Shown here: in pieces, positions 39,697 to 50,182 of the stretch
Layout of the letters: the number at the start of each line of letters is the position of its first letter
Position numbering within the stretch: the first letter of the stretch is position 1
From: Alphaproteobacteria bacterium
Lineage (GTDB): Bacteria; Pseudomonadota; Alphaproteobacteria; MPNO01
Direction of reading: 5' to 3'
Assembly (NCBI GenBank): GCA_965248835.1
Contig: CBDFLJ010000001.1
Span: forward strand, 2,221,381 to 2,285,380
DNA: 64,000 nucleotides
The notes under the pieces: generated by a model
The model's database searches: none
What the model saw: only the letters and a program-made list of their open reading frames with translations
What the model was told of the DNA's origin: nothing
Program-made: the position numbers and the translations under genes

Positions 39697-40380
39697 CTAC
39701 CGCTGAGGCCAAGCATTCACCGACCCTACATTCGGCTGGTAGCGATACCTATGATCGAGCACATAGCCACGGCTCTTCGACTCGTACCACCATTTGAACT
39801 CCAGAGCGAAGAGTTCTCGGTTCTTGTCGAATTCGATCTTGTCGATTTCAATGGCGGTGCGCGTGCAATTTCGTCTTTTTGCGAATTCCCAACCATGTCC
39901 TCCCGGAAACTTGCACCGATCGGTTTCCCGATAGTAGCGTTTCTTTCCTTTTCGAATTTCATAGACACGGCCGATGCCGCGGTCATGGCACTCGAAGTAC
40001 TGCGTCTTTGATCCGTTGCTCTTTGCCCGCACCCAGATCTTCCGACCTCCCCACTCTCTTGGACCGGTGATTGTGGTCTTGCTGTTGATGTTCACGAAGA
40101 ATGTCGTAGAAGCCTCGTGCATGCATGGCGCGTTCTTGTTGCCATCCCACTTGGCACCAGTCCAAAGGTGGTATGGGACATAGATGGTCTTGCTCTCACA
40201 ATCGTACAGATTGCTGATGTGCCATGGAGTGACGCGTTTCCCAACATCCGAGCAAGCAAATTGGTGCAGCATTTCGGGGTCCTTGATGATACTTCTGTTA
40301 TACTGCGCGAATGCACTTCCACCGACGTCCATGGCAAGCAGAAACACGATTGATAAACTAATCAGACGTCCGAGCTTCAT
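39697..40380 (-). CDS. Secreted Cys-containing hypothetical protein
   Basis: Signal peptide MKLGRLISLSIVFLLAMDVGGSAFA|Q; 227 aa; lower GC. Confidence 0.7.
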   Translation of the reverse strand: MKLGRLISLSIVFLLAMDVGGSAFAQYNRSIIKDPEMLHQFACSDVGKRVTPWHISNLYDCESKTIYVPYHLWTGAKWDGNKNAPCMHEASTTFFVNINSKTTITGPREWGGRKIWVRAKSNGSKTQYFECHDRGIGRVYEIRKGKKRYYRETDRCKFPGGHGWEFAKRRNCTRTAIEIDKIEFDKNRELFALEFKWWYESKSRGYVLDHRYRYQPNVGSVNAWPQR

Positions 40381-40466
40381 GGCCAGTTTTCTCCAGTCAG
40401 TGATCATGGATGTGCGTTGTCGCCAAGATAAGACGATCAGTATCGCACCTTTGGATATTGGGTTGC

Positions 40467-40645
40467 TCACTCGTCCACTCCCGTATCGATGACGACGTGC
40501 CCCCGAGGGTTCACCTTGGCCGTCATTCCAGGCGGCACCACAACGGTGGACTTCGGATCCTCCAGAACGGCAGGTCCCGCGATACCGGTTCCGGCTCCGA
40601 GACGGCGCCGGTCGTGAACCGCGGCGGCAAACCCTTCTGTCTCAG
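40467..40645 (-). pseudogene. Hydantoinase/oxoprolinase A, C-terminal fragment
   Basis: HDRRRLGAGTGIAGPAVLEDPKSTVVVPPG...GHVVID, stop overlapping a GTG-SNPI start. Confidence 0.65.
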
Positions 40646-40928
40646 GATACCACGCCAGGCGCTCGGTGGGCGCGGATGAAACGGGCGTTCGCGGCGAGTT
40701 CCAGCATCGCGTATGACCAGAACCCGGAATTCACCAGGAGTTGGCCCTCGGAGATGCGGACGAGGGTGTCGTCGCGGCTCCAGGTCTGGAAGTGCTCGAT
40801 TCCGGTCCCGCGCAGCGCGGTAGGCACCACATACTGCTGGATCCGGTTTGGCAATTAATGTGAAACATTGAACTTGGGCCACCCGAGGGGGACTGGTCAG
40901 TCTACTGCCTTCTCTCGGTTCATCTAAT

Positions 40929-41700
40929 CCGGGATTCCCCATATGGAACCCTCCCAGCCCGTTGAGTGTGACTCGAAACCGCTCGACGGGCAGTTCGCCT
41001 TCGAATGACGGCCATCTTCGCGCCGATCCGGATGATTGAGTACCAATTGGCGGCGTTGGTGGCGCGGAATGGCATTTTTGCCGGCGATCCGGGCGCACCG
41101 ATCCTGTCGGCGGCGACGCGAAGGAACGGGGTGCCGTCGCTCATGCCGGGGCTGGCGGCGGTCTGAGCCGGTCGATACGGCGCAGGATGTCGGCGAACAG
41201 GTCACGAGGAATGACAACCTCGGCCATCTGGAACGTGACGTAGCGCCCGTGGCGCACGATCTTCGCTCCGATCTTGATGAGCTTCTCTCGCAGGCTGGTC
41301 AGTGACCACTGTCCCACGGCATCGGGCAGCGCGAGGGTGCGCATGAAGTTGCCGAGGTTGTAGGCGAGCGCGTGAAGCTGGAGGCGAACGGCATTGTGGT
41401 CGAACCTGCGGCACGACAGGCGTGTCCACCGGATCGCGTTCTTGCCCTCCTTGATCCATTGCTCAGCCGTGCCGCGCTGATTGTAGAACGCGACCACCCG
41501 CTCGGCGGGGCGGCCCAGGTTGGTGACAACGAACCCGACCCGCGGGTACAACTCACCCGGATGCCACTCGACCTTGGCGACGACGCGGCGGGGCTTGTCC
41601 CAGGTTCCGGCCTGATAACTGAAGCTGGCATGATACCGGCGCACGTCCTTGGGCGGCCTACCGACGGGGCGCTTCAGGAGATGAGCGATGCTCTCTTGCA
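40929..41700 (-). mobile_element. IS1380 family 3' fragment with right end
   Basis: RRVVAKVEWHPGELYPRVGFVVTN, YNQRGTAEQWIKEGK; IR CCGGGATTCCCCATATG at 40929. Confidence 0.9.
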
Positions 41701-43119
41701 GCACCGCACCGCGATCTCGCGGATCCGTTCCCACTCCGAATCGAGGCACGAGATCGTGAGCCGCACGCGAGGGGCCTTGCGCCGCGCCGGCATCACTCGC
41801 CCGATCGCCGCGACTGGAGCGCGCGCTGCAGGAAGGCGATCGCCCCGAACAGGGAGAGCCCCGTTCCCGGAAGCGCCTCGTGCAGCGCCCGGCGGACCCG
41901 TTCCATCTCCGCTACCCGGTCGTACAGGGTGCGCTGCTGTTCCTCCGACAGCGCCAGCCGGGGCTCGTCGCGACGGGGTCCGCCCGCCTCCTCGTGCAAC
42001 GCGCAGGCGTGCGACCGATGCGAGAAGCGTTCCAACCGAGCAAAACAGGCCACCGATCCAGTGAGCCTACAGAAGATGAGAGAATGCCAGGAACATGACC
42101 CACATCGCACCTTGACTTCGATTGCCTCATAAAAGTCCATCGGAGGGGCCCGCGCGCGGGGCAAAAGCCGGTAGTATGACCCGGCGGCGTGCATCGACGC
42201 CGGGTGGTCCGCGCCTACATCGACAATCCCCGGTCTTGGCGCACTCGTTCGGCGGCGGCGCGCCTTTCCTCGTCGCGGGCGATCCTGTTCCGGATCTTCT
42301 CTTCCCTCTCACTGACCGCGTCCTGCCCGACGCCGGCGGCGCCCAGATGGGCGGCGAGCTCGTGTTTCGGAATGTCCTTTCTGAGCGCCGCCGCTTCGTC
42401 GAGAACCTGCCCTGCCTTCCGCCGCCAGTCGGGCCAGGCCCGCAGTTGCTCCGCCGGCGTCGACACGATGCCGTCCGTCTCGGTCCGAACGTTCCGCGCA
42501 CGCCCGCCCGGCCGATCCGTTCCCACTCTGCATCGGTCGCCATCACCGCGCGCTGGCGGCGCCCGCTGGCATCCTCCTTCATCGTCGCCATCCGCCCGAA
42601 ACGGATTGCAGCGGTTGCGACACACCGGATCCCGATCTCGGAGGTATGGCCATCCATATTCCTATGATAATCCTCACAGAGACGAACCTATTGTGCCGGT
42701 TCTGTGTTGCTCACAGGGCCCACCTGTTCCCCCTTCAGGATCATACGGATGTTCCAAGGCGAATTCCATTCCCCACTTCCCTGAATGCAACTATGCAGCG
42801 ACACAGGATCCACATCTGTGTTATTCGAATCGGCCCCATCCTCTCTTGACAGGGACCCTAAGCCATTGTAGTACAACAGTGATACAGGGAGACACTACGA
42901 TCCTACGATACCGACAGAGTACTTAAAATCATGAATTCAGGGCTCACACCACGCGACGGCGCACAAAATAGTCCCGGCTTCCGGCAGGTCAACAGCGAAT
43001 TCCGCCGCCCCGGCATGCCGGCCATTTTGTCGCAGCCTACTGCCCACCGGCAGCCGTTTCGGCACGGAGATCGAAGCCGATTCCGCCGCGCCCGGTTGCA
43101 ACACGAAGGAGCTCTCCGG

Positions 43120-44292
43120 ATGTCGAGTCTGGTGCCGCCGCACGGTTCGGATACCCTCAAGCCCCTGCTGCTGTCGGAAAGCGAAAGGGCGCAGGAGGCC
43201 CGACGGGCGCGGCATCTGAAAACCGTGCCGCTGTCCAGCCGCGAGGTCTCGGACCTGTTCATGCTCGGCATGGGCGCCTACACGCCGCTCGACGGGTTCA
43301 TGGGCGCGGCGAACTGGCGCGGCTGCTGCGAGCATATGACGCTGGCCGATGGCGTCTTCTGGCCGATTCCGATCACCCTGTCCTGTGCCCAGGACCTCGT
43401 CGATGCGATCGAGATCGGCGAGGACGTGGCGCTCGCCGACGGCGAGACCGGCGCGCTTCTCGGCATCCTGACGGTCGAGGAGAAATACGTCATCGACCGT
43501 GATCTCGAGTGCACGCGCGTCTTCCGCACCACCGATCCCGGCCATCCCGGCGTCGAAAAGGTGCTGGGCCAGGGCCCGGTCAATCTGGGCGGCCCGGTGC
43601 GCACGGTCTCCGAAGGCCATTTCCCCGAAACCTATGCCGGGCTCTACCATCGCCCGGCCGAAACCCGCGCGATGTTTATGGAAAAGGGCTGGTCCAGCGT
43701 CGCGGCCTTCCAGACCCGTAACCCGATGCACCGCAGCCACGAGTACTTGGCCAAGATCGCCGTCGAAATCTGCGACGGGGTGCTGATTCACCAGGTGCTC
43801 GGTGCGCTCAAGCCGGGCGACATTCCGGCCGATGTCCGGGTCAGGGCGATCAACGCGCTGGTCGGCGAATATTTCGTGCCCGGCACCGTCCTCCAGGCCG
43901 GCTATCCGATCGAGATGCGCTACGCGGGACCGCGCGAAGCCCTGCTGCACGCCCTGTTCCGCCAGAATTTCGGCTGCTCGCACCTGGTGGTCGGGCGGGA
44001 TCACGCCGGCGTCGGCGACTATTACGGGCCGTTCGACGCCCACCACATCTTCGACACGCTGCCGCCGAACAGCCTGAAGACAGAGCCGCTGAAGATCGAC
44101 ATCACCTTCTTCTGCTATCGATGCAACGGCATGGCGACCGGCAGGACCTGCCCGCACGAGGCCGGGGACCGGTTGGCGATCTCCGGCACTAGGCTGCGGG
44201 AGATGTTCGCCAACCACGAGGCGATACCGACCGAGTTCAGCCGCCCCGAGGTGGTTGCGGTGCTGCAGGACTATTATGACGGGTTGGATTGA
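43120..44292 (+). CDS. sat: Sulfate adenylyltransferase
   Basis: GAAGGAG RBS; [34 protein letters not shown]. Confidence 0.97.
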   Translation: MSSLVPPHGSDTLKPLLLSESERAQEARRARHLKTVPLSSREVSDLFMLGMGAYTPLDGFMGAANWRGCCEHMTLADGVFWPIPITLSCAQDLVDAIEIGEDVALADGETGALLGILTVEEKYVIDRDLECTRVFRTTDPGHPGVEKVLGQGPVNLGGPVRTVSEGHFPETYAGLYHRPAETRAMFMEKGWSSVAAFQTRNPMHRSHEYLAKIAVEICDGVLIHQVLGALKPGDIPADVRVRAINALVGEYFVPGTVLQAGYPIEMRYAGPREALLHALFRQNFGCSHLVVGRDHAGVGDYYGPFDAHHIFDTLPPNSLKTEPLKIDITFFCYRCNGMATGRTCPHEAGDRLAISGTRLREMFANHEAIPTEFSRPEVVAVLQDYYDGLD

Positions 44293-44624
44293 GGCGGCCG
44301 GCGATGCGCGCATCGCGAAAATATGGTACCATCCGACAGCACGTCTCCGATTCATCGGGCGCGACCGCAGGCCGGTGAGGGGAGACAGTTCGGGTGTCCA
44401 CCTTTGTTCATTCTGCAATGTGCGACGACAGCCGGGACGACGAGGGCACCGCCTGCACGCATGGTCATCATGTCCGCACGACCTCTTGATCATCGGCGGC
44501 GGAACGTCCGGCTGCGCGACCGGCACCCGGCGGCCGCATGCGGTGTGTGAGGGCGGGGTTTTTCGCCGCTGGCACGCCATCGGTCGTTGCGTAGATGATA
44601 ACCGGCTACCATTGGGGTAATTCG

Positions 44625-45410
44625 ATGTTCTCCGGCAATCCCTTCGCCGCGCTTTCGGCGTCCATACCACCCCACGTCATGCAGACCTACGTCGTCATCA
44701 TGATCGTCCTGGTTGTGGTTGGCACGCTGTTCGACGTCATTCACAAGAAAAGCGCCAAGTACTTCTTCAACAATTGGCGCAATACAAGGAATAAAGGCAC
44801 GCAGCAAGTCGGCGGCGGGGAAATGCTGTCGCTGGCGGTTCAAACCGCTGTTGTCGACGGCCTGGCGTCCGGTGAATTCTGCAGCGCACGGCGCAGAATT
44901 GCCCATCTCCTGACCATGTACGGTTTCCTGGCTTATGCGATCACGACCGTCATCATGGTGTTCTGGTACCCGACGCTCGCCGCGCCGGCGCCCGCCGTCC
45001 TGCCCCAACTGTGGTATATCGGGGCCCTGCTGGTATGCCTGGGCGGCTACTGGTTCTGGTTCTTCATCCGGGTCGACGTCGCCGCCGAGGGCAATTCGCC
45101 GCTCCGCATCGTGCGTGCCGATCTGTTCATCCTGTCGCTTCTTGCGAGCGTGACACTGGGCGTGCTCTGGGCCTTGCTGCAGGCGGCGGGCAGTTCGTGG
45201 ACAAACGTGTTTCTCGGTCTGTACCTCATCGCCACGACGGTGCTCTTCGGGTCCGTTCCGTGGTCCAAGTTCTCACACATGTTCTTCAAGCCGGCAGCGG
45301 CCTTCCAGAAACGGGTGGAGAACGCGAACGGTTCGAGGAGCAACCTGCCGGCGCCCGCCGACAAGCCCGAAATCTTTGGCAGCGCCCGCCAAGAGCCTCG
45401 AAATTACTAA
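44625..45410 (+). CDS. aprM: APS reductase membrane anchor
   Basis: Multiple TMs; DVIHKKSAKYFF, SGEFC..RRIAHLLTMYG, WSKFSHMFFKP; lies between sat and aprB. Confidence 0.88.
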   Translation: MFSGNPFAALSASIPPHVMQTYVVIMIVLVVVGTLFDVIHKKSAKYFFNNWRNTRNKGTQQVGGGEMLSLAVQTAVVDGLASGEFCSARRRIAHLLTMYGFLAYAITTVIMVFWYPTLAAPAPAVLPQLWYIGALLVCLGGYWFWFFIRVDVAAEGNSPLRIVRADLFILSLLASVTLGVLWALLQAAGSSWTNVFLGLYLIATTVLFGSVPWSKFSHMFFKPAAAFQKRVENANGSRSNLPAPADKPEIFGSARQEPRNY

Positions 45411-45453
45411 CCGGCCCATCATTGGTCTTCGATACAGGAGATAGCGGAATATC

Positions 45454-45915
45454 ATGCCGACATTCGTCTACATGACCCGTTGCGACGGCTGCGGACATTG
45501 CGTCGATATCTGCCCGTCCGACATCATGCACATCGATACTACCTATCGCCGTGCCTATAACATCGAGCCCAACATGTGCTGGGAGTGCTACTCCTGCGTG
45601 AAGGCGTGTCCGCAGAACGCGATCGACGTACGCGGCTATGCCGACTTCGCGCCGTTGGGGCACAGCGTCCGGGTGCTCCGCGAAGAGAAGAAGGGCACCA
45701 TTTCATGGAAGGTCAAATTCCGGGACGGCCGTGAAAAGAATTTCGTTTCCCCGATCCGCACCACGCCGTGGGGATCGATCAAATCACCGGCCGATTATGA
45801 GCCGCCCAGCCCGGACGCCATGAAATCCCAGGAACTTGCGCACGAGCCGGATGCGCTGAACATCGATAAACTGCCGGCGTTGACCCCGGATCAACTCAAG
45901 CAGGGAGTGGTCTAG
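45454..45915 (+). CDS. aprB: Adenylylsulfate reductase beta subunit
   Basis: MPTFVYMTRCDGCGHCVDICPSDIM, CWECYSCVKACP. Confidence 0.97.
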   Translation: MPTFVYMTRCDGCGHCVDICPSDIMHIDTTYRRAYNIEPNMCWECYSCVKACPQNAIDVRGYADFAPLGHSVRVLREEKKGTISWKVKFRDGREKNFVSPIRTTPWGSIKSPADYEPPSPDAMKSQELAHEPDALNIDKLPALTPDQLKQGVV

Positions 45916-47759
45916 TGGGTCTTTTCGGACGCAGGAAAACGGTTTTCGTGGATTCGGATATCCTCGTCATCGGCGGCGGCATGGCCGGATGCGGAGCCAC
46001 GTACGAGTCCAGGTACTGGGGGCGCGACCTCAAGGTCGTCTGCGTCGAGAAGGCGAACATCGAGCGCAGCGGCGCCGTCGCGCAAGGCCTGTATGCGATC
46101 AACTGCTACATGGGCATGCAGTGGGACGAGAACCAGCCCGAGGACCATGTCCGTTACGCCCGGAACGACCTGATGGGCCTGGTGCGCGAGGATCTGGGCT
46201 ACGACATCGCCCGGCATGTCGATTCCTCGGTGCACAAGTTCGAAGAATGGGGCCTGCCGATCATGAAGGACCCGGAAACCGGGCGGTATCTGCGCGAGGG
46301 CAAATGGCAGATCATGATCCACGGCGAAAGCTACAAGCCGATCGTCGCCGAGGCCGCACGCAAGGCCGCCACCGAGGTCTACAACCGGATCATGGTGACC
46401 CACCTGCTGATGGACCGGACCAAGCCCGACCGGGTCGCCGGGGCGGTCGGTTTCAACGTCCGGACCGGGGATTTCTACGTCTTCCGCTCCAAGGCCGTCA
46501 TCGTATCCGCCGGTGGCGCCTCGCACATCTTCAAGCCCCGTGCGGTCGGCGAAGGGATGGGGCGGACCTGGTACGCCCCATGGAGCAGCGCCTCCGCCTA
46601 TGCGCTGCCGATCCTCGTCGGCGCCAAGATGACGCAGATGGAGAACCGGATCGTCCTGACCCGTTTCAAGGACGGCTACGGCCCGGTCGGCGCCTATTTT
46701 CTGCACCTGAAGACCTACACCCAGAACGCGTATGGCGAAGATTACGAAGCCAAATGGTACGATCACACCAAGCAACTGGTCGGGGATTACGTTGACCGGC
46801 ATCCGGTGCCGACCTGCCTGCGGAACCACGCTATGCTCGAGGAGCTCAAGGCCGGCCGCGGCCCGATCCACATGGTGACCACGGAGGCCTTCCAGGATCC
46901 GCACAAGGAGACCGTCGGCTGGGAGAACTTTCTCGGCATGACGATCGGCCAAGCGGTCGTCTGGGCGTCGCAGAACATCGATCCCAAGCACACCAACCCC
47001 GAACTGACCACGTCCGAGCCCTATGTCATGGGCTCGCACGCCACCTGCTCCGGCGCGTGGGCGAGCGGACCGGAGGACTGCGCCCCCGCGGAATACCAGT
47101 GGGGATACAACCGGATGATGACCGTGGACGGGCTGTTCGGTGCCGGCGACACCATCGGCGGCAGCGCTCACAAGTTCTCCTCGGGGTCTTTCACCGAAGG
47201 CCGGATTGCCGGCAAGGCGGCGGTCAATTACGTCAACGACCTGGGCAGCGAGCAGCCTCAGATCAGCGAGGCGGAATACCAGGACCTCAAGAAGGTGATC
47301 TTCCAACCCTTGGAGAACTACAAAGTCGGCCGCAACGAGATCGTCGCGGGAACCGTTTCACCGAGCTATATTCTGCCGATTCATGGTCTCCAGCGTCTCG
47401 AGAAGATCATGGACGAATATGTCGGCGGCATCAGCTCCTATTACACGACCAACGAACCGATGCTCACCCGCGGGCTGGAATTGCTGGACATGCTGAAGGA
47501 AGACCTCGACCATCTCGGCGCCGAGGACCTTCACCAGCTACAGCGGTCTTGGGAGCTGCAACACCGGGTCCTGGCGTCGGAGGCCGTCACACAGCACACG
47601 ATGTTCCGGACGGAAACGCGGTGGCCGGGCTACTACTATCGGGCCGATCATCCGAAGCTGGACGATGCCGACTGGCATTGCTTCACCTTGTCCCGCTATG
47701 ACCGGCACTCCGGGACGTGGGAGTTGGAGAAGGCCCCGGTGTATCACATCGTCGACTGA
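45915..47759 (+). CDS. aprA: Adenylylsulfate reductase alpha subunit
   Basis: IGGGMAGCG, RSGAVAQGLYAINCY, WQIMIHGESYK, GSAHKFSSGS, ETRWPGYYYR. Confidence 0.97.
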   Translation: MGLFGRRKTVFVDSDILVIGGGMAGCGATYESRYWGRDLKVVCVEKANIERSGAVAQGLYAINCYMGMQWDENQPEDHVRYARNDLMGLVREDLGYDIARHVDSSVHKFEEWGLPIMKDPETGRYLREGKWQIMIHGESYKPIVAEAARKAATEVYNRIMVTHLLMDRTKPDRVAGAVGFNVRTGDFYVFRSKAVIVSAGGASHIFKPRAVGEGMGRTWYAPWSSASAYALPILVGAKMTQMENRIVLTRFKDGYGPVGAYFLHLKTYTQNAYGEDYEAKWYDHTKQLVGDYVDRHPVPTCLRNHAMLEELKAGRGPIHMVTTEAFQDPHKETVGWENFLGMTIGQAVVWASQNIDPKHTNPELTTSEPYVMGSHATCSGAWASGPEDCAPAEYQWGYNRMMTVDGLFGAGDTIGGSAHKFSSGSFTEGRIAGKAAVNYVNDLGSEQPQISEAEYQDLKKVIFQPLENYKVGRNEIVAGTVSPSYILPIHGLQRLEKIMDEYVGGISSYYTTNEPMLTRGLELLDMLKEDLDHLGAEDLHQLQRSWELQHRVLASEAVTQHTMFRTETRWPGYYYRADHPKLDDADWHCFTLSRYDRHSGTWELEKAPVYHIVD

Positions 47760-47898
47760 ACGCAGACCACCGAAGGACCCTTCGCCGTTACCACAAGCCC
47801 GGATCGCGTTCGAGGCCGGTCCGGCGCGTCCGGAACAGGCGCCAGGTCGTCCCACCGGACCGCTTCGAACGAAATCCCAAAGGGATGCTTTCGATCAA

Positions 47899-48669
47899 AT
47901 GCTCATCGCCCAGATCAGCGATACCCACATCCTGGACCGCGCATCGGATCATCCGGCGGCGCAACGCAGGATCGACTGCCTGCGGTGCTGCATCGCGGAC
48001 ATCAACCGGCAACGGCCCGATGCGGTGATCTTCACCGGCGATACGGTGCAGTACGGCGAACCGGAAGAGTATGCGCACCTGCGCGCGCTGCTGGCGCCGC
48101 TGCAGGCGCCGCTCTACCTGATCCCCGGCAACCGCGATGACAACGGCGCGCTGTGCGCGGCCTTCCGCGACCAGCCCTACCTGCCCAGGAACGGCGACTT
48201 CCTCCATTACACGGTCGAGGACCATGTGCTGCGCCTGGTTGCCATCGATTCCACGCTGCCCGGCGAGCGCAAGGGGGTCTTTTGCCCGGCGCGCGCCGCC
48301 TGGCTGGATGCGGTGCTGAGCGACCGTCCGGACCGGCCGACGCTGCTGTTCATCCACCATCCGCCCTTCGACATCGACGACCACTACATCGCCGGCTACC
48401 GGCGGACCGAAGAGGCTGCCGCACTCGCCGACGTGGTCGGCCGCCACCCGCAGGTCGTGCGGCTGCTCTGCGGCCACGTCCATTGCCCGGTCGAACTCCC
48501 GTGGGCCGGCACCGTGGCAAGCGTCATGCCTAGCATCGCCGTCGATGTCCGCAAGGGCGTCGACGAGGCCGAGGCCCGGGGCCGGCCGATCTACCTGCTG
48601 CACCGTCTGTCGGGCGAGACCGACCTGGTCAGTCTGGCAAGGCGCGTCGACGCCGACCGACAACCTTAG
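47899..48669 (+). CDS. Metallophosphoesterase (Icc/GpdQ-like phosphodiesterase)
   Basis: QISDTH, TGD, PGNRD, HHPP, CGHVH. Confidence 0.9.
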   Translation: MLIAQISDTHILDRASDHPAAQRRIDCLRCCIADINRQRPDAVIFTGDTVQYGEPEEYAHLRALLAPLQAPLYLIPGNRDDNGALCAAFRDQPYLPRNGDFLHYTVEDHVLRLVAIDSTLPGERKGVFCPARAAWLDAVLSDRPDRPTLLFIHHPPFDIDDHYIAGYRRTEEAAALADVVGRHPQVVRLLCGHVHCPVELPWAGTVASVMPSIAVDVRKGVDEAEARGRPIYLLHRLSGETDLVSLARRVDADRQP

Positions 48670-49012
48670 CACCGCGGCGACGCTTGCGCCGATCGCCCGC
48701 TTCGTGCCGAGCCCAGGGACGTCCTCGACCGCAGGAAGGACACGATCCGGACCGCCGCCGGACTTGTCCGCCGCGCGGCGCGGCCCGGGGCCTTGAAACC
48801 CGGGCCGGGCCGGCTTACCGTGCGTGCGTGCGTGTGTATGGGATGGACCTTCGCGGTGCAGGCAACGCCTTGACCAAGCTGGCTTTTACCACGAAACGAC
48901 GATTCCGTGCCGCGCCCTTGGCGCGCGTTCCGGGCTGGAGCCTGTGCCGAACATGCCGCGCCGGGCCGATCCGATCCGGTGGGAACAGGCTCTAGTGGCC
49001 GACCGGGCGCGG

Positions 49013-50158
49013 ATGAGCGATGTCGAGGCGGTCGACTGGCTTGTCGGATTCGACACCACCTCGTCCAAGCCCAACCTGCCGCTGATCGATGCGGTCGCCG
49101 ACTACCTTTCGGGCCACGGCGCGGCGGTCCGCAAGGTCCCCGACGGGACCGGCACCAAGGCTAATCTGTTCGCCACTTTCGGGCCGTCCGAGCCCGGCGG
49201 CATCGTCCTGTCGGGCCATTCCGACGTGGTCCCGGTCGAGGGCCAGCCCTGGACGTCGGATCCGTTCCGCATGGTCGAGCGCGACGGACGCCTGTACGGA
49301 CGCGGCACCACCGACATGAAGGGCTTCATCGGCTGCGCCGTCGCGCTTGCGCCGGAGATCGCCGCCGCACCGCTGAGCCGGCCGATCCATATCGCGCTGT
49401 CCTATGACGAGGAGGTCGGCTGCGTCGGGGTCCGCCCGCTGATCGCGCTGATCGGCCGGGAGCTGCCGCGGCCCGGGCTTGCCCTCGTCGGCGAACCGAC
49501 GGGGATGAAGGTGGTCAACGCCCACAAGGGCATCTCGCAGCAGGAGACCGTGGTCACCGGCCGCGACGGCCACTCCAGCCGGCCGGCGGCGGGAGTCAGC
49601 GCAATCCTTTATGCCGGCGAATTCATCAGCCACATCGAGTCGGTGATCGGCGGGCTGCCGAAGGACGGCGCGGCGGCTTCGTTCGACCCGCCGGGGACGA
49701 CCTTCAACATCGGCACCATCACCGGGGGAACCGCGGTCAACATCATCGCCCGGCGCTGTGCGTTCAGATGGGAGTTCCGTCAGACCCCCAACGTCGATCC
49801 GGCCGACGTGCTCGCCCGGCTCGACGGCTTCGCCGTCCGTGCGCTGGTACCGCGGATGCGCGCCGTCGATCCCGACGCCGGAATCGAGACCATCGTCAAC
49901 GTCGCCGCCCCCACCTTGGGGCCGCTGCCGGGCTCCCCGGCGGAGGCGCTGGCGCTGCGGCTGACCGGCCAGAACGGCGCCGACACGGCTGCCTATGTCT
50001 GCGAGGCGGGCCTGTTCGCCGAGGCCGGCATCCCGTCGATCGTCTGCGGGCCCGGCAGCGTCGCCCAGGCCCATCAGCCCGACGAGTTCGTCAGCCGAAG
50101 CCAGATCGCCGACTGCACCGCGTTTCTGCGCCGTGTGATCGACTCCGCGGCGGCGTGA
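49013..50158 (+). CDS. argE: Acetylornithine deacetylase (M20)
   Basis: LSGHSDVVP, GRGTTDMKG, SYDEEVGC, GEPT, AHQPDE; start could be 48953. Confidence 0.9.
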   Translation: MSDVEAVDWLVGFDTTSSKPNLPLIDAVADYLSGHGAAVRKVPDGTGTKANLFATFGPSEPGGIVLSGHSDVVPVEGQPWTSDPFRMVERDGRLYGRGTTDMKGFIGCAVALAPEIAAAPLSRPIHIALSYDEEVGCVGVRPLIALIGRELPRPGLALVGEPTGMKVVNAHKGISQQETVVTGRDGHSSRPAAGVSAILYAGEFISHIESVIGGLPKDGAAASFDPPGTTFNIGTITGGTAVNIIARRCAFRWEFRQTPNVDPADVLARLDGFAVRALVPRMRAVDPDAGIETIVNVAAPTLGPLPGSPAEALALRLTGQNGADTAAYVCEAGLFAEAGIPSIVCGPGSVAQAHQPDEFVSRSQIADCTAFLRRVIDSAAA

Positions 50159-50182
50159 GCGCGCGGCGCCTCCGGCGGCCCG

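Noticed and set aside
43120-47759. Dissimilatory sulfate reduction
   Set aside because: The AprM anchor and AprA motifs point to the oxidative type; no qmo or dsr genes here.
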